A stretch of 64,000 nucleotides of DNA, from NCBI RefSeq assembly GCF_009914755.1, contig NC_060936.1. One strand, 5' to 3'. Positions within the stretch are counted from its first letter, which is position 1. Every line of letters begins with the position of its first letter. A program made the translations under genes and the position numbers. Origin of the DNA: the human T2T-CHM13v2.0 reference genome, Homo sapiens. The notes under the pieces were generated by a model. That model saw only the letters and a list, made by a program, of their open reading frames with translations, had not been told where the DNA came from and did not search any database. Shown piece by piece: positions 1 through 18,490 of this stretch.

Positions 1-208
1 ACATTACAGGAAGGATTCCCGCCTTTAGAGAAAGCCCTTTGACAGCCCTACAAATACACACACGTTGCACTTCCCCATTTCTCTAATTAAAATGCACTGT
101 ACAAAGCATCCTGTCCCTGTCCCATTTTTTTTATTTTATCACCAAAAGCCTTGCACGCATTGACTTAAAGAGGGCCTAGGACAGCCAGAAGTCTCGGTGA
201 CACAGTAC

Positions 209-404
209 CAATTTTGGTGAGCCACTTGGCCACAGCGCCGTAGATCTCGTCCAGGATGAGGATGACCACGAGGTTGATGATGACTGCTGTTGCTGTCACT
301 GTCACCCGGACATTGGAGCGTGTAGCCTTATTGAGAGACAGAGCGGCTGCAGTTGTTATTCGATACACTATCACCCCAAAGACGATTGAGAATGTCAGGG
401 CAAT
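209..404 (-). CDS. ANO2: ANO2/TMEM16B internal coding exon (196 nt; rest of TM3, extracellular linker, TM4)
   Basis: Translates to [65 protein letters not shown], recognisable ANO2 sequence. Acceptor ttttcccaaacag|ATT, donor ATTG|gtactg; phase 0 in, phase 1 out. Confidence 0.97.
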
Positions 405-655
405 CTGTTTGGGAAAACAGAGAGAAGTACACATCAGCCGGCAATTACCGAGCACCTACTATTTGCTCTGCCAACAGTACCATTTGCTGTTATCAGATAT
501 TATTAATCTGGAATCTTTTGTTGGGTAACAAGGGATTCCAGATATTATTAGTCTGGAATATTTGGGTGGGTAACAAATTTTTAGGCAGAGTTCTGAGTGG
601 AGGTGCATTTTCCAGGGGAGAATGTCTTAATTTTTGTCAGATTCCAAATGATTTA

Positions 656-656
<1 letters not shown>

Positions 657-692
<36 letters not shown>
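657..692. repeat. (CA)18 microsatellite
   Basis: Read directly from sequence. Confidence 0.95.
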
Positions 693-694
<2 letters not shown>

Positions 695-1666
695 AAGGAT
701 GAACATGCTGGACCCTGTGGAGTGTTCAACACACATGACGCAATTTCTTTCATTAGGGAGCTTTTGATCTTCTAAAGAGATAACATGAACTCCTTTTAAA
801 TAAACCATAGTAAATAATGCCCAAGAAGGTATTAAGTGCTAAATGAGGAGTATAATTGCTGAAGGAACTCCAAGTACACGGGAGAAAGTAAATTTGAGTG
901 GTCAGGGAATAGTTTGTGGAGACAGTGGGATTTAAAATGGAGTTTTCATGAGAAGAAATAGAAAGCCATTGAAGGTACCTGAGCTGAGAAGGGATGAGTT
1001 ACAGCTTGATAAGTAGAGGCAAGAAGGTTGCTCAAAGGAGAAAAGAGGGAATACATCAGGAGTGAGATTTTAGGAATCTCAGTCCTCAAGATGAACAAAA
1101 TATCACTGTAAGATTTCTCTACTAGGTGACTTGAAATGGAGGACTCAGATTCCTCATTTGGTAGAGAAATGTCTAGCTGCTGTGCTCCAAAAGGAGGGTT
1201 ATAGCCACGTGACCTCTAAGGGTTCCCCTCATTTCCTCTCTCTAGAACCTAAGAATAAGAAGGGACTCTCTTAGACCTAGATCTGCCCAACAGCCCCTCT
1301 TCCTTCTTCTGTCCCCACGTCCCCTCCTGTCCCCATCCCAACCAAGGAAGGATCATTTCCAGGAAGCACAAGGATGCTATGAGAAGCAAGTGCCCTGAGT
1401 AAAGCCTCTTAGAGGGGATAGAAGAAGGAGAGACAACTGCTAGGTGCATGCCCCACTCAGAGCAAATTCTAATTTGCTTCAGTCAAGTCAAGACTTCTTC
1501 AAGAAAGAAGACTTCCTTCTTAGGACTCTTTCTGTAAAGGAAGCTGTTCAGGTCCTATTTCCTCCGCAGGACAGAGAATGGGCACTGGCTATGAAGGACT
1601 AAATAGAAAACGTAGGGAGAGAAAACGGCAGGTGGAAGGCTCCCTGAAAAAATAAGCTGTGCTGGA

Positions 1667-1668
<2 letters not shown>

Positions 1669-1718
<50 letters not shown>
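1669..1718. repeat. (AC)25 microsatellite next to a ~75-bp purine-rich tract
   Basis: Read directly from sequence. Confidence 0.95.
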
Positions 1719-1721
<3 letters not shown>

Positions 1722-2408
1722 TGCACAGGGAGGGAGGCAGGAAGGAGGGGGTAAGAGGAGGGGAGGAGAGGCACAGGAGGAAAGGGGAGGGGAAGTGGGG
1801 GCCTCTGGCTTGGGCAGTGCTTTGCAAGCAGTGTGAATGACACTCCAGTGGCTTGCTAATGGGTGGCAGATGTGTCCAGGTATGGATGTTTTCAGACCTC
1901 TGGGGGGTACCTGGGGTGTGCTGGTGGCAGACTCAGCTCTTTATCCTGGTAGGCTTCAAAAAATACCAGTAATTGCCCTATGGGCCGTGTTGTGAAAAAG
2001 AAGCCCTTGGTAAGGAAGGGAGAAAGGTGGCGTTCTCTGGGTAGAGGAAGGCTGTGTGTGTTTGGGTGTGTGTGGGTGTGGGGAGAGGAGAGGTTAGATG
2101 GGAAAAACACTCTGTGTGAGGCCCCTCTTCTGCTGCAGGGTGGGGGTGGGGAGCGGCAGAAACACCAGCCTCCAGGACTAAGTAGGGACTACTACCGTGT
2201 AACTGGGAAAACCTGGACATGACATCACCCCTCTCCAACAATGTAGACATTTTCACTTCCCATTCCTCTGGGATTGTCACTGCCAGATAGTAAGGGCCTA
2301 GAAAATGTGGTGTGAGATTCTTTTCCCCAAAAATCACTTTTGCAGTGAAGACCAGTGATGAAAGTATTGATGAGGCTGGGGAGGTGAGGGTATTGAGGAG
2401 TGAGTGAA

Positions 2409-2443
2409 TGTGTGTGTGTGTGTGTGTGTGTACGTGTGTGTGT
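2409..2443. repeat. interrupted (TG)n microsatellite
   Basis: Read directly from sequence. Confidence 0.9.
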
Positions 2444-2604
2444 ATTTGGGGTTGGGATTGGGAGACGGACTAGGGGAAAAAAAACAATGGCAAAAACATC
2501 CTTTATTTAGGGTCTTGTGGGAGGGACATGAAGGAAGACGTGGGGAGATCAGCTTCTGTTCTTCTCTAAGAGGCCCAGCTGCTAAACTAGAGAAGGAAGA
2601 ACAC

Positions 2605-2720
2605 TCTTTGCTACTCAAAATGTGGTCCAAGGACCAGCTGCATCAGCTGGAAGCTTGATTGAAATGCGGAATCTCAAGCACAACTCCAGACCTACTGACC
2701 TGGAACCTGCATTTTAACAG
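2605..2720. mobile_element. MER5A-like hAT-Charlie DNA transposon relic
   Basis: tactcaaaatgtggtcc...gaaatgcggaatctc...ccagacctactga...ctgcattttaaca resembles the MER5A consensus. Confidence 0.7.
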
Positions 2721-3176
2721 AATTCTTTTTCAAATTCAAGGAGCACTGTTCTCCTTATCTAGAAAAGCCTTCTTTCCCACCCTCCTTTCCTCCCTAGCCC
2801 CACCCCTGGCACACCTCACTTCAGCTCTCTGGTTCTTTGCAGGTTTACCTTCTCTGGTCTTAATTTCCTATCCCACTATAGAAATCAAGCTCTGAACCTC
2901 TCGTTTGGTGTTTCCCAGAGCATCTCAAGATTCACAGAGCTTTCGAGCTGCAGGAACTTGCAGAGCACCAACCCAGTCACATGACCATTTTGGAGATGAA
3001 GAAACGGGCATGGAAAAGTGATGCAATTTGCTGAAGTCCACAAGGTGTGGACTACAATGCTACTCTTCTGGACCATGGTAGAAATTTTAAAATCTTAGCA
3101 TTTAGGAATCATCTATGTACAGTCTTTAGTCTCATACATAAGGAAACTGAAGCCCAAGAGGCAACAATGTGATTGA

Positions 3177-3573
<397 letters not shown>

Positions 3574-3751
3574 GCACTGATTCTTATAACTACCATGCAA
3601 GATATGCCTTTAATAGGTGAGATTTCATGATGATTTAGGATTTGAACCCTGCTCCATGGTTCCAAAGTCTACAATCCCATCCTGACATTAGAACCCAGGT
3701 TTTCCAGCACTACATCTAGTACTATTTCCACCACTTGTGGTTACATTATTG

Positions 3752-4168
<417 letters not shown>

Positions 4169-4844
4169 TAGGTCAAAAGGAGGTTTGTCTTTTACCACAT
4201 TCTGTGCCTTAAGCCACTTCACAGCAGCGCCTCCCGTAGAACTGGTTTGGTAAAGATTCGCTGGTCAGCAGCTCTAGGGGATCTGGCTGCCCGGCACATG
4301 GTCATTTTATTATGGTTCCTGTTGTTTTTGGTGTTTTAATATCATAACTTTACTTCTGGGACATAAACAAAACGCAACATAAGCCAGGCTACAGAGTCCA
4401 GAGTCCTACTTGATGCCAAGAGAGAGACAGGTAAGAGAGGGGACCTCTTCGCCACCCTCCGGAACTTGCATTCTGAAGCAAAGTTGAGAAAATCATTGCA
4501 CACATACAACAAAGATGATCCTAGTAGCAGCTGGATGGAGTCACAGGCCTCCGTTCACGAGCTTCTAGTATGCTCTTAGCAGAGAGCAGGGGGATTAGTC
4601 AGAGAAAACGCCACAGAAAAAAGTTTTGGGACAGTTTCCTATGGGAAAGACTTAGAGGAAAGAATAAGAAGGAAGAACTTTCCAGGAAAGGGAAGAGGGG
4701 CAAGTAGCAATGCACAAGGCACAAGTAACCTCTGCTGATCCCCAGCATGGCACACGATAGTAGCTCAAGTATAAAAATACAGGCACGCGCACACACTAGC
4801 AACTTCATCATCGACATAGTACGCTGCCTATGACCTCCACCTAG

Positions 4845-5420
4845 TTTATTTACCCATTCAGTCATTCATAAAATGTGTCTTAAGCTCCTCCTTGTGCCAG
4901 TCTCAGTTCTAGGTTCCAGTGGAAAAAGGAAACAGAAAGCACTACCCTCACAGAGTGGATCTTCTAGTGGGAAAACATAGACAATAAACTAATAAATAGG
5001 TAAAATAAGTAGTACCTTCAGCACGAGAAATACCGTGGAGACAAAGAAGGCAAACAGGGTATAGGGATCGGTTGCAATTTAAAATAGGGTGGTTGGGAAA
5101 GAGACAGCTGAGAAAGTGACCTTTTACCAAATACCTAAAGGAAGGATTTAAGGGAAGGGTGTTTCAGGCAGGCAGTGGCTGACACTGAGTGAGCAAGGGG
5201 ACAGGTGGAGTGGGAGATGGGCAGGCAGCCAGGAGGGGGCCCTGTAGTGTGAGGATGTGGGCTTCCACACCTCAGGAGATGGGAAGCCATCAGAGAGTTC
5301 TGAGCAGAGGAGTGATGTGAGTTGGTTTAGGTTTTAAAAGTTAGCATGCTGATGATCTGTCAGGGGCAGTGTGCAAATAGGGAGATCAGTGAAGGGGCTA
5401 TGATGAGAGTCCAGGCTGTG
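4845..5420 (-). mobile_element. L2 fragment
   Basis: cattcagtcattca 3' end and degenerate L2 body (gggaagccatcagagagttctgagcagaggagtga). Confidence 0.6.
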
Positions 5421-5951
5421 GAGGAGGATTTCTGATGGTGGACTCCCAATATCCAAGTGTAAGAAAATGAGTATCTGGGGCACAGGAGGAAAGCTCAGGC
5501 ACCTAGCTCTAGAGGAGGGACATCGCCTCCGACAATTCCCCCCTTACAAGAAGAAAACAGGAGGGACCATTCAAAAAGGAAACTTTAGCTGAACACACAG
5601 GATTGGCGGAGAGGAAATTCGTCTTTGTCCATGCTGGTTTCTAACACAAGGAGGCAGATGAAATAGCACTGGGGCATTTCTTTGCTCTCATCACCCCATG
5701 AAAAGCATTCCCAACTGACTCGGTAGATTGGCATGCCTGAAACCTTCCTAATGCCCATGGTCCTGGCATCTTCTGCCTAGGTTCAAGCACAGGGGTGAAG
5801 AAAGGAATGAGATGAGAGATACGGTAGGTGTCTTTGGCTTACCCGAACTTTATCACAGAAAGTTACTTCCTTCTAAGCACCACCCTGACCCCTTCATCTC
5901 ATGCTCCACACCTTGTTCTAGGGTAATGCTAAGTCCTTTTTCTTTAGAAAA

Positions 5952-6926
5952 CATCAGAGTGAACAGGCAACCTACAGAATGGGAGGAAATTTTTGCAATC
6001 TGCCCATCTGACAAAGGGCTAATATCCTGAATCTACAAAGAACTTAAACAAATTTACAAGAAAAAAACAACCCCATCAAAAAGGGTGCAAAGGATATGAA
6101 CAGACACTTCTCAAAAGAAGACATTTATGCAGCCAACAGACACATGAAAAAATGCTCATCATCACTGGTCATCAGAGAAATGCAAATCAAAACCACAATG
6201 AGATACCATCCCACACCAGTTAGAATGGCGATCATTAAAAGTCAGGAAACAACAGATGCTGGAGAGGATGCGGAGAAATAGGAACACTTTTACGCTGTTG
6301 GTGGGAGCGTGAACTAGTTCAACGATTGTGGAAGACAGTGTGGCGATTCCTCAAGGATCTAGAACTAGAAATACCATTTGACCTAGTGATCCCACTACTG
6401 GGTACATACCCAAAGGATTATAAATCAATCTACTATAAAGACACATGCACACATATGTTTATTGCAGCACTATTCACAACAGCAAAGACTTGGAACCAAC
6501 CCAAATGTCCATCAGTGATAGACTGGATTAAGAAAATGTGGCACATATACACCATGGAATACTATGCAGCCATAAAAATGGATGAGTTCATGTTCTTTGC
6601 AGGGACACGGATGCAGCTGGAAACCATCATTCTGAGCAAACTATCACAAGGGCAGAAAACCAAACACCACATGTTCTCACTCATAGGTTGGAACTGAACA
6701 ATGAGAACACTTGGACACAGGGCGAGGAACATCACACATTGGGGCCTGTCAGGGGGTGGGGGGCAGGGGGAGGGATAGCATTAGGAGAAATACCTAATGT
6801 AAATGACAAGTTAATGGGTGCAGCAAAGCAACATGGCACATGTATACCTAGGTAGCAAACCTGCACATTGTGCACATGTACCCTAGAACTTAATGCATAA
6901 CAAAAAATTAAAAATTAAAAAATAAA
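5952..6926 (+). mobile_element. 5'-truncated L1PA (ORF2 C-terminus, 3' UTR, poly-A)
   Basis: ORF2 peptide fragments ([11 protein letters not shown]..., TWNQPKCPSVIDWIKKMWHIYTMEYYAAIK), G-rich 3' UTR tract, A-tail, short TSD agaaaac. Confidence 0.95.
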
Positions 6927-7589
6927 GAAAACTGGGCTTTTTTTTAAGTGGGAAAAAGAAACGGGGACAAGTTAGTGCCAAATAAGGATTTTAAAAAATC
7001 AAATAGGCAGGAAACAATATAATGTATTGTCCAATCTGGAATACTTTTGAGAGTAAAGAAGAAGTGCTATTAATAATTCTCCCTGGTCTGGAAGCTTAAG
7101 CCTGGACGAGCTTGAGCACCTGACTGTGAAGGGTGATGTGTAAAGGGGGCTCTCCCCATTCCCACCACTCTGCTCCCAGCTCCTGCCCACATGGTTCAGT
7201 TCCCGGAACTTGCTGGTGGCAGTTGTGGGACCCCAGGCATAGTGAGATTCTCAATTACTTATTGGTTCTGATACAGAATCTTGCATTTATATCAAGATTT
7301 GGAGTTGGGTGGGGCTGGGAAAGGGAAGATTTTACAAAGGAGAGATAATTATGTATTATTTGTGAACAATAAAAATATTCCCACTTTCCAGTCTAGCTTT
7401 AGGAGGTATCAATGGAATTTTAAAAAAAGAAAAAACTTAGAACTTTGGCAAGATGACCCACCATTGACCCAGTTTTTAGTATTTGTTGAATGGTGGTCCA
7501 GTGATCTATTTGTTGTTGATGATGATGATGATGACATTGATGATGACACAGATTTTTCTCTCAGGCAGCAGACAAGCTCCTAGTTTCAG

Positions 7590-8520
7590 TCCTCTCCTTG
7601 CCTGACTTATCAGTGGCATCTAATACAATTGATTGTCCTGCCCCTTTGAAATGCTTTCTTGACTTCTGGGACTCTCTATTCTCCCCTATCCCTTTTCAAT
7701 TCTCTTTTCTGTCTCCTCCTCATGCTCCCAAACTTCAGCATAGCAGTGTCCCGGGACTTGGTCCTTGGAAATTTTCTCTATCTACTCTCATTCTCTTGGT
7801 GATCTCATGCAATCTTATAGCTTTAAATGCCTTCTATAGTGATTAGGTCTCCAGCCTGGACGTCTTCCCTGAACTCCAGACTCATATGCATCAGGAGGGC
7901 AACTGAGTTAAGGAATAACTGGCAGATTTTGGGCTGCTCAGGATAAAAGCCTTAGAGTCATTCTTGATTTCTTTTCAGTTTTGTACCACATGATCAAATT
8001 CTTTCAGTCCACCTTCAAAATAGAACTAGCATCTGAACACTCTTCAATCTCACCCTGCCCAGGCCACCGCACTTCTTGCATTATCACAACAGATTCCTAC
8101 TTGATGTCCCTCTTCCCACCCTTGCCTTTCTACCAGCATTTTCTCACCCCAGCAGCCAGAATGATCCTTTTGAAATGTATGTCAGGTCATGTCACTCCTT
8201 GCAAGACCTCCTATTAGGTGTTCTCATCTCACATAGAATTAGCCCATGTCCTTACTGTGGTCTCCAGGGCCCTACCTACAGGGCTCCTCGTTACTTCTCT
8301 CACTGTGTCTCCCTGTGCACTCCCCGCTGCAGAGTGCTCAGCTCCAGCCACACTGTGGCTCTTTCCTGCTGTCCCTCCTGATGCCAGGCATTGCTCCCCT
8401 TGGGCTTTTTCTCTTGCTGTTTCCTCTGCCCAGAATGTTTCCCCTAGAATATCCATGTGGCTGGCTCCTCCACCTCCTCCAGATCCTTGATAAAATGTCA
8501 TCTTAATGAGAACTTACCTG
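7590..8520 (+). mobile_element. L2 fragment
   Basis: Degenerate L2 motifs (cagcagccagaatgatccttttgaaatgtatgtcaggtcatgtcactcc). Confidence 0.65.
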
Positions 8521-8599
8521 ACCAACCTATTTAATATATGTATTTTGTGTCTTTTTAAATTTTATTGTGAACATGCAGAAAAATCCATTTTACACACAC

Positions 8600-11950
<3,351 letters not shown>

Positions 11951-13212
11951 AGTTTATTTTTACCTATTTTTTATTATTTATTTACTCATTTATTGTCTGC
12001 AAATTTTTTAAGAGAGGGATTATTTTGTTTTGTTTTCTGCTGTATCCCCAGTGTCTAAGCATGGTGTCAAGCACATCGTTTGACTCATTAAATATTGAAT
12101 GAATGAATAAACTCTTTAACAATAATATGCATATTGCGGGGGGCTTTGAAGTGCTAAATTAAACTTTCTATCATTGCAGCTTAACACACGGCAACTCACC
12201 ACATCCTCTTGAATAAATTCCACATGGCTTGCACTTGTTAAGCAATGAGAAGAAAACAAATTTAGACTTCTAAACTTTGGCAAGGCACCCATCAACTCTG
12301 TACTTCATCTGAAAAATGAGGAGTTGAATTGGTGATATCTAAGTTTCCTTCACCTTTTAAATTTCTGAGACGAAAACACAATTCCTGTAGTTAACGGTCA
12401 CGATGGCAAAAATAATGGTAGTGGTAACCTCAGGCCAGAGTCAGAGTTACAACAATTTCCAGACCAATTTTTGGAATAAGTGATCCCTCTTCCACCCTGC
12501 AACTAATGTGTAGCCCTACTTAGAAATGCTCTGAGCTGTGAGTACACACACTCCTTTGTAAAGCAGAACCTCCAATCTTGAATACTGTAAGGAAGATTTC
12601 CATAAAGAGATATGGGGTATTAGTAACCCTAACTTAGTCCTCTGATTTTTGCCTTCCCCAAGGTCCTCTAGCTTCAGATACTGCTGTCTTGCCCATGCTG
12701 GCAACGAAGAATGAACTGCTACCACTTTATTGATCTAAGTCAAATACGAATCACAGGGTTTTCCCTGAGCTTTCCCTGACGCAGCTGAGACCGTCTGGGT
12801 CTTGCAGAAGGGCTGTACCAAACTCTAAGGTAAAGCGCAAGGAAATAAACCCAGCAACTACAGGAAAGCGGAAGGATCACACTTACCGAGCCCAAGCTGG
12901 CTATCTCCTGTGGCTTCCAGACCCTGGTCTATCCACAAACGTCAGAGAGGGCCGCCCCACAGCCCAAACAGGCTGCTGCAATTGCAGCCATCTTACCTGA
13001 TTCCTTCTCCAAGTTTTTGGTCTGTCTCCATGCAGAAGCACCATCTCGCAACCCACTCCCTGGAAGTTCCAAATTCTAGCATGGGTGGTCAATGGCCTCA
13101 CTATCAGACAAGATCCTGCCCCTCTACACAGGACTGTGGCTTCCGCTTTACCAGCCTCTCATTATTTCCATAGCAGAATATAATATCCACAGTAGTCACA
13201 TAACAGCATCTA

Positions 13213-13222
13213 CATGCATGCA
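13213..13222 (-). promoter_or_regulatory. two overlapping UGCAUG (RBFOX) motifs at +33 to +42 downstream of the 75-nt exon
   Basis: Minus strand reads tgcatgcatg; function is inferred from position only. Confidence 0.5.
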
Positions 13223-13254
13223 GTCACAGGCAAGTGGTCCCTCAAGGAAATTAC

Positions 13255-13329
13255 CATGAATAAGATGGAGGCAAAGTTCATCAGGTAACCTGGGAAACGA
13301 TCCTTCCAGGTCAGTTTATCTTCATCATC
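13255..13329 (-). CDS. ANO2: ANO2/TMEM16B internal coding exon (75 nt; end of first intracellular loop and start of TM3)
   Basis: Translates to [25 protein letters not shown]. Acceptor tctcccgtttctccccag|GAT, donor ATG|gtaatt. Joins in frame to the 209-404 exon (...ILFM|IALTF...). Confidence 0.96.
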
Positions 13330-13539
13330 CTGGGGAGAAACGGGAGAGTAGAGACAATCAGGAGGCACAAATAACAGATATTAATTTGCTCTCATTTGCA
13401 TATATTTGCATGCGATTGATCATTATCACTCTATATAGATATATTTCTAGTCACTGATGCCTTACTCTCCATATCAACAACTGCCCTTCTAATTTTGTAA
13501 TTTCTAGATAAGTTGGCATAGCCTGGAAAAACTACAGTG

Positions 13540-13750
13540 AAAAAACAAGATTTGATTTCAGCCTCACACGGGGCTGAATTTCTAGTTCAACCACTTATCA
13601 GCTGTGTGATCCTAGATATGTCTCTTATTAACATTTCTGACATTTATTTTTTCATCTGTAAATTGGGCACGGTAGTGATACCTGCCCTGCCTACTACACA
13701 GGACAGTTTTCTTTGTTTTGTTTGAGTGAGAACCATGTGAATATAGTAAA
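13540..13750 (+). mobile_element. MIR
   Basis: ccacttatcagctgtgtgatcctag...tttttcatctgtaaattggg core. Confidence 0.65.
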
Positions 13751-15130
13751 GCAGTGGACAAATGACAGATACGACCCAACCACAGGGCAGCATCCTATAA
13801 ATAGATTATCTGCTAAATAAAATACCAACCACTGATCTCAGAGCCTAATCGTTGTGCAAATTACCCACAATTTTGTTCCTCAAAGAGGCTACATGTAGTA
13901 TTATGTGCTCCCCCTCGTCACAAATCCAAACATTTTGAGGCACAGGTTAAGCTGATCCATTCAATCAACTTGGCTGAGAATCCTACCCTTTTCCCCTCGG
14001 ACTGGGTCCAGTTCACCCAGGCCATTATCCTGCGACAATCGTTATCAGTAACCAGAGTCCTCCTTCAGCGTGCTCTGAGGACCGTCATTTGGTGGGGGAC
14101 AGGGGAGGGGCTGCCAACAGCTATGAATGGTAAACAGCTCTGCTAATTAAACAGCTCTGCTGTATAAATTTAGTTCAGGCACTTGATTTCTCTGAGCTGC
14201 AGTTCTATAAAATTAGAATTGATACAGCTGTCCTGCCTACTACACAAGGTAGCTGGGAAGACCATCTGAAGCCGTGTTTGGGAAGGTGCCGAGAATATGG
14301 CAGAGCACTCCCTGCCAGTAAGGCAAGAATCCAGGAGTACTTCTGCAAGGTGTCTGAATGGGGCTCAGCGGTGAGCGCTCCAGGGCCCCTGCTCTCTCTC
14401 CTCTCCCCTCCTCACCACTGATACTCAGAACACACCTGATTTGGTGCTAGCAACAGTGCCATCTAGCCTTTGAAAGCTTGTACTGTAAGTGAAGGACATT
14501 CTTATACTAAAAGATTTCTTTCTAAAAATCCCTCTGGGGCCCACTGTGCATTGATCTTGGTGCCACGCACAGTGGGAGACAGAAGAAAATTGACATGATC
14601 ACTACTCCTGGGGAGCTCACAGGCTAAGGAAACAGAGATGACACCCACACACCGAAAGGTTTAAGAATCCCTGGTCAGTTTGGGAGTGAGGGTTATCTTG
14701 GGAGCGAGCCTGAAGGGAGCTGAGAAGAGGAAAATTCTCAGTGCATGCCTGGAACTGAGCGATGGGTCGAGTTGGCTTACTAAATTGTGGTAGAAATGAG
14801 TGTTATAGCTGAATTCACTTGGTAATTAGCACTTGCATTTACAGATTATGTAAACAAGCAATAGATTCAGGTTTGCACAGACTTAGTGATAGAATCCGGT
14901 TGCTAGACTCTTAGCCCAACAGGCTTTCCATCACACAATGAGAACAAGGTAACTACATCTTGTGGCCATCCTGAAGAAATAAGAACATATGAACCTATTT
15001 CTGATGGGATTAGAACAAGACTCATTCATATTCTTCCAGATAAGGCCAAACATCAAGAGGGAGTAGAGCTTCTTTCATTTTCCTTCAGTATTAATTCTTA
15101 GTTTCACTCACACACTAAAGTTTTCCTTAA

Positions 15131-15474
<344 letters not shown>

Positions 15475-16921
15475 ACCTAAGGGTATTTTTAAAAGATTTT
15501 TCTTTAAGCTGTTGACAAGGAAAACTGAGGATGGGCTGACGAATGATAACACTCAATAGGGATTCTGAAGAGAAATTTGAGGGGCCAGGGAGGGACTTTT
15601 CCTGAGTCCCCCTGGAGTCTTGGTTCAGTCCCACTCAACAGACACAGTCTGAACAGTGCCAATGGGCCAGGCTCTGTGCTAGATACTGAGGACACGCTGA
15701 GGAGAAGGTTCAGCTCTGCCCAGGAGGAGCTCAGAGACCACCAAGGAAACAAGGAAAAGCACTTCTAAGCTAAACCAGATTAGGAAGGTGGCATTACTAT
15801 TTTGCATAAAAATGAGACATAACTAAAAAGCAACCAAATTAAATGTCCTCTCAAAGCAACTTAAAGAAAAAATGCTCATTTTGATATAACATTCTAGTGG
15901 ATGTTGAAAAATCACCCCTTCTCATGTTTACATTGGTGATCTCTTTTTTCTGGAAGTCACAGCTCCCAACACACACACAGTGCTCATGCATTCAGACACT
16001 CCCAACATAAGAAGCCAAGAGAAACACAAAGATTGCACCACTGTCTTCCAAGCTGCCAAAGTCACTAGTAAAGATGACAGTGAGTAAAGTAGTCTTTACT
16101 TATAATAATCTGGCTCTAATAATGGAAGCCAATTAAAACTCTCCATTCACGGATACATTAACAATACGAAGACTTGCAGCAAAATATCCTTAATTTAAAT
16201 ATACTCTGCTTAAAAATCCTATAGCCAGCATATAAGACAGTACAAAGAGAAGTAGGCTTGGAACCAGGACATCCAAGTTCTGAACTCTTGGCTCTGGTAC
16301 TTCTTAGGTGAGTGACCTTGGGAAATTCCCAGATCATCAGCTTCCTTATCTGTAAAATAATTTATGTGCCCTATCTGTAAAATATAGTTAGATCTATCAC
16401 ACCAAATTGCCATGCATTTAAAATTACCCAACCTATGAAGCAGGTCAAGAGAGTGCAGGCACACAGAGGTATGAGAACTCTTAGCACCTCTCTCTCCTTT
16501 TAAAATGGAAATAACACTTGTCCCACCTAAGTGGCCCAGGTATTGTGGGATCACATGAGTGCATGCATATGAGAGAGCTTTGTAAACTGGAAGGCTCATA
16601 AAAGTAAGGTCTAACCAGCTTCATGATTATATCAAAAGCAGGTGACTATAAAGCACTTAGCTAATGCAATCGTTGTTAAGACAGGAGCCTAGCTGTCCTC
16701 TGTGCTAGCTTCTTTGTCTCAGCTCTTTGTGTCTATGTCCCTTGATGATGGCTCCCATTCTGAGCCTCCAGACAGCAAGTAGCACAGTAATAAAACCACA
16801 TAAGTGCCCTTTTGGCAAGCTAAACATTTGGAAATGAAATCACTGAAAAGGCAATAGGTGAGAGTGCTATTTAAACAAATCCCTTGAAGAATAATTTTGT
16901 AAAGTGGCAATCATCCTTGAG

Positions 16922-18490
<1,569 letters not shown>

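Noticed and set aside
165-455. 96-aa ORF as a standalone protein
   Set aside because: Only 209-404 is exonic; the flanking residues are read-through into intron.
14450-14470. CTCF-like motif gtgccatctag (also near 32960)
   Set aside because: Only a partial core match; the conserved flank is missing.
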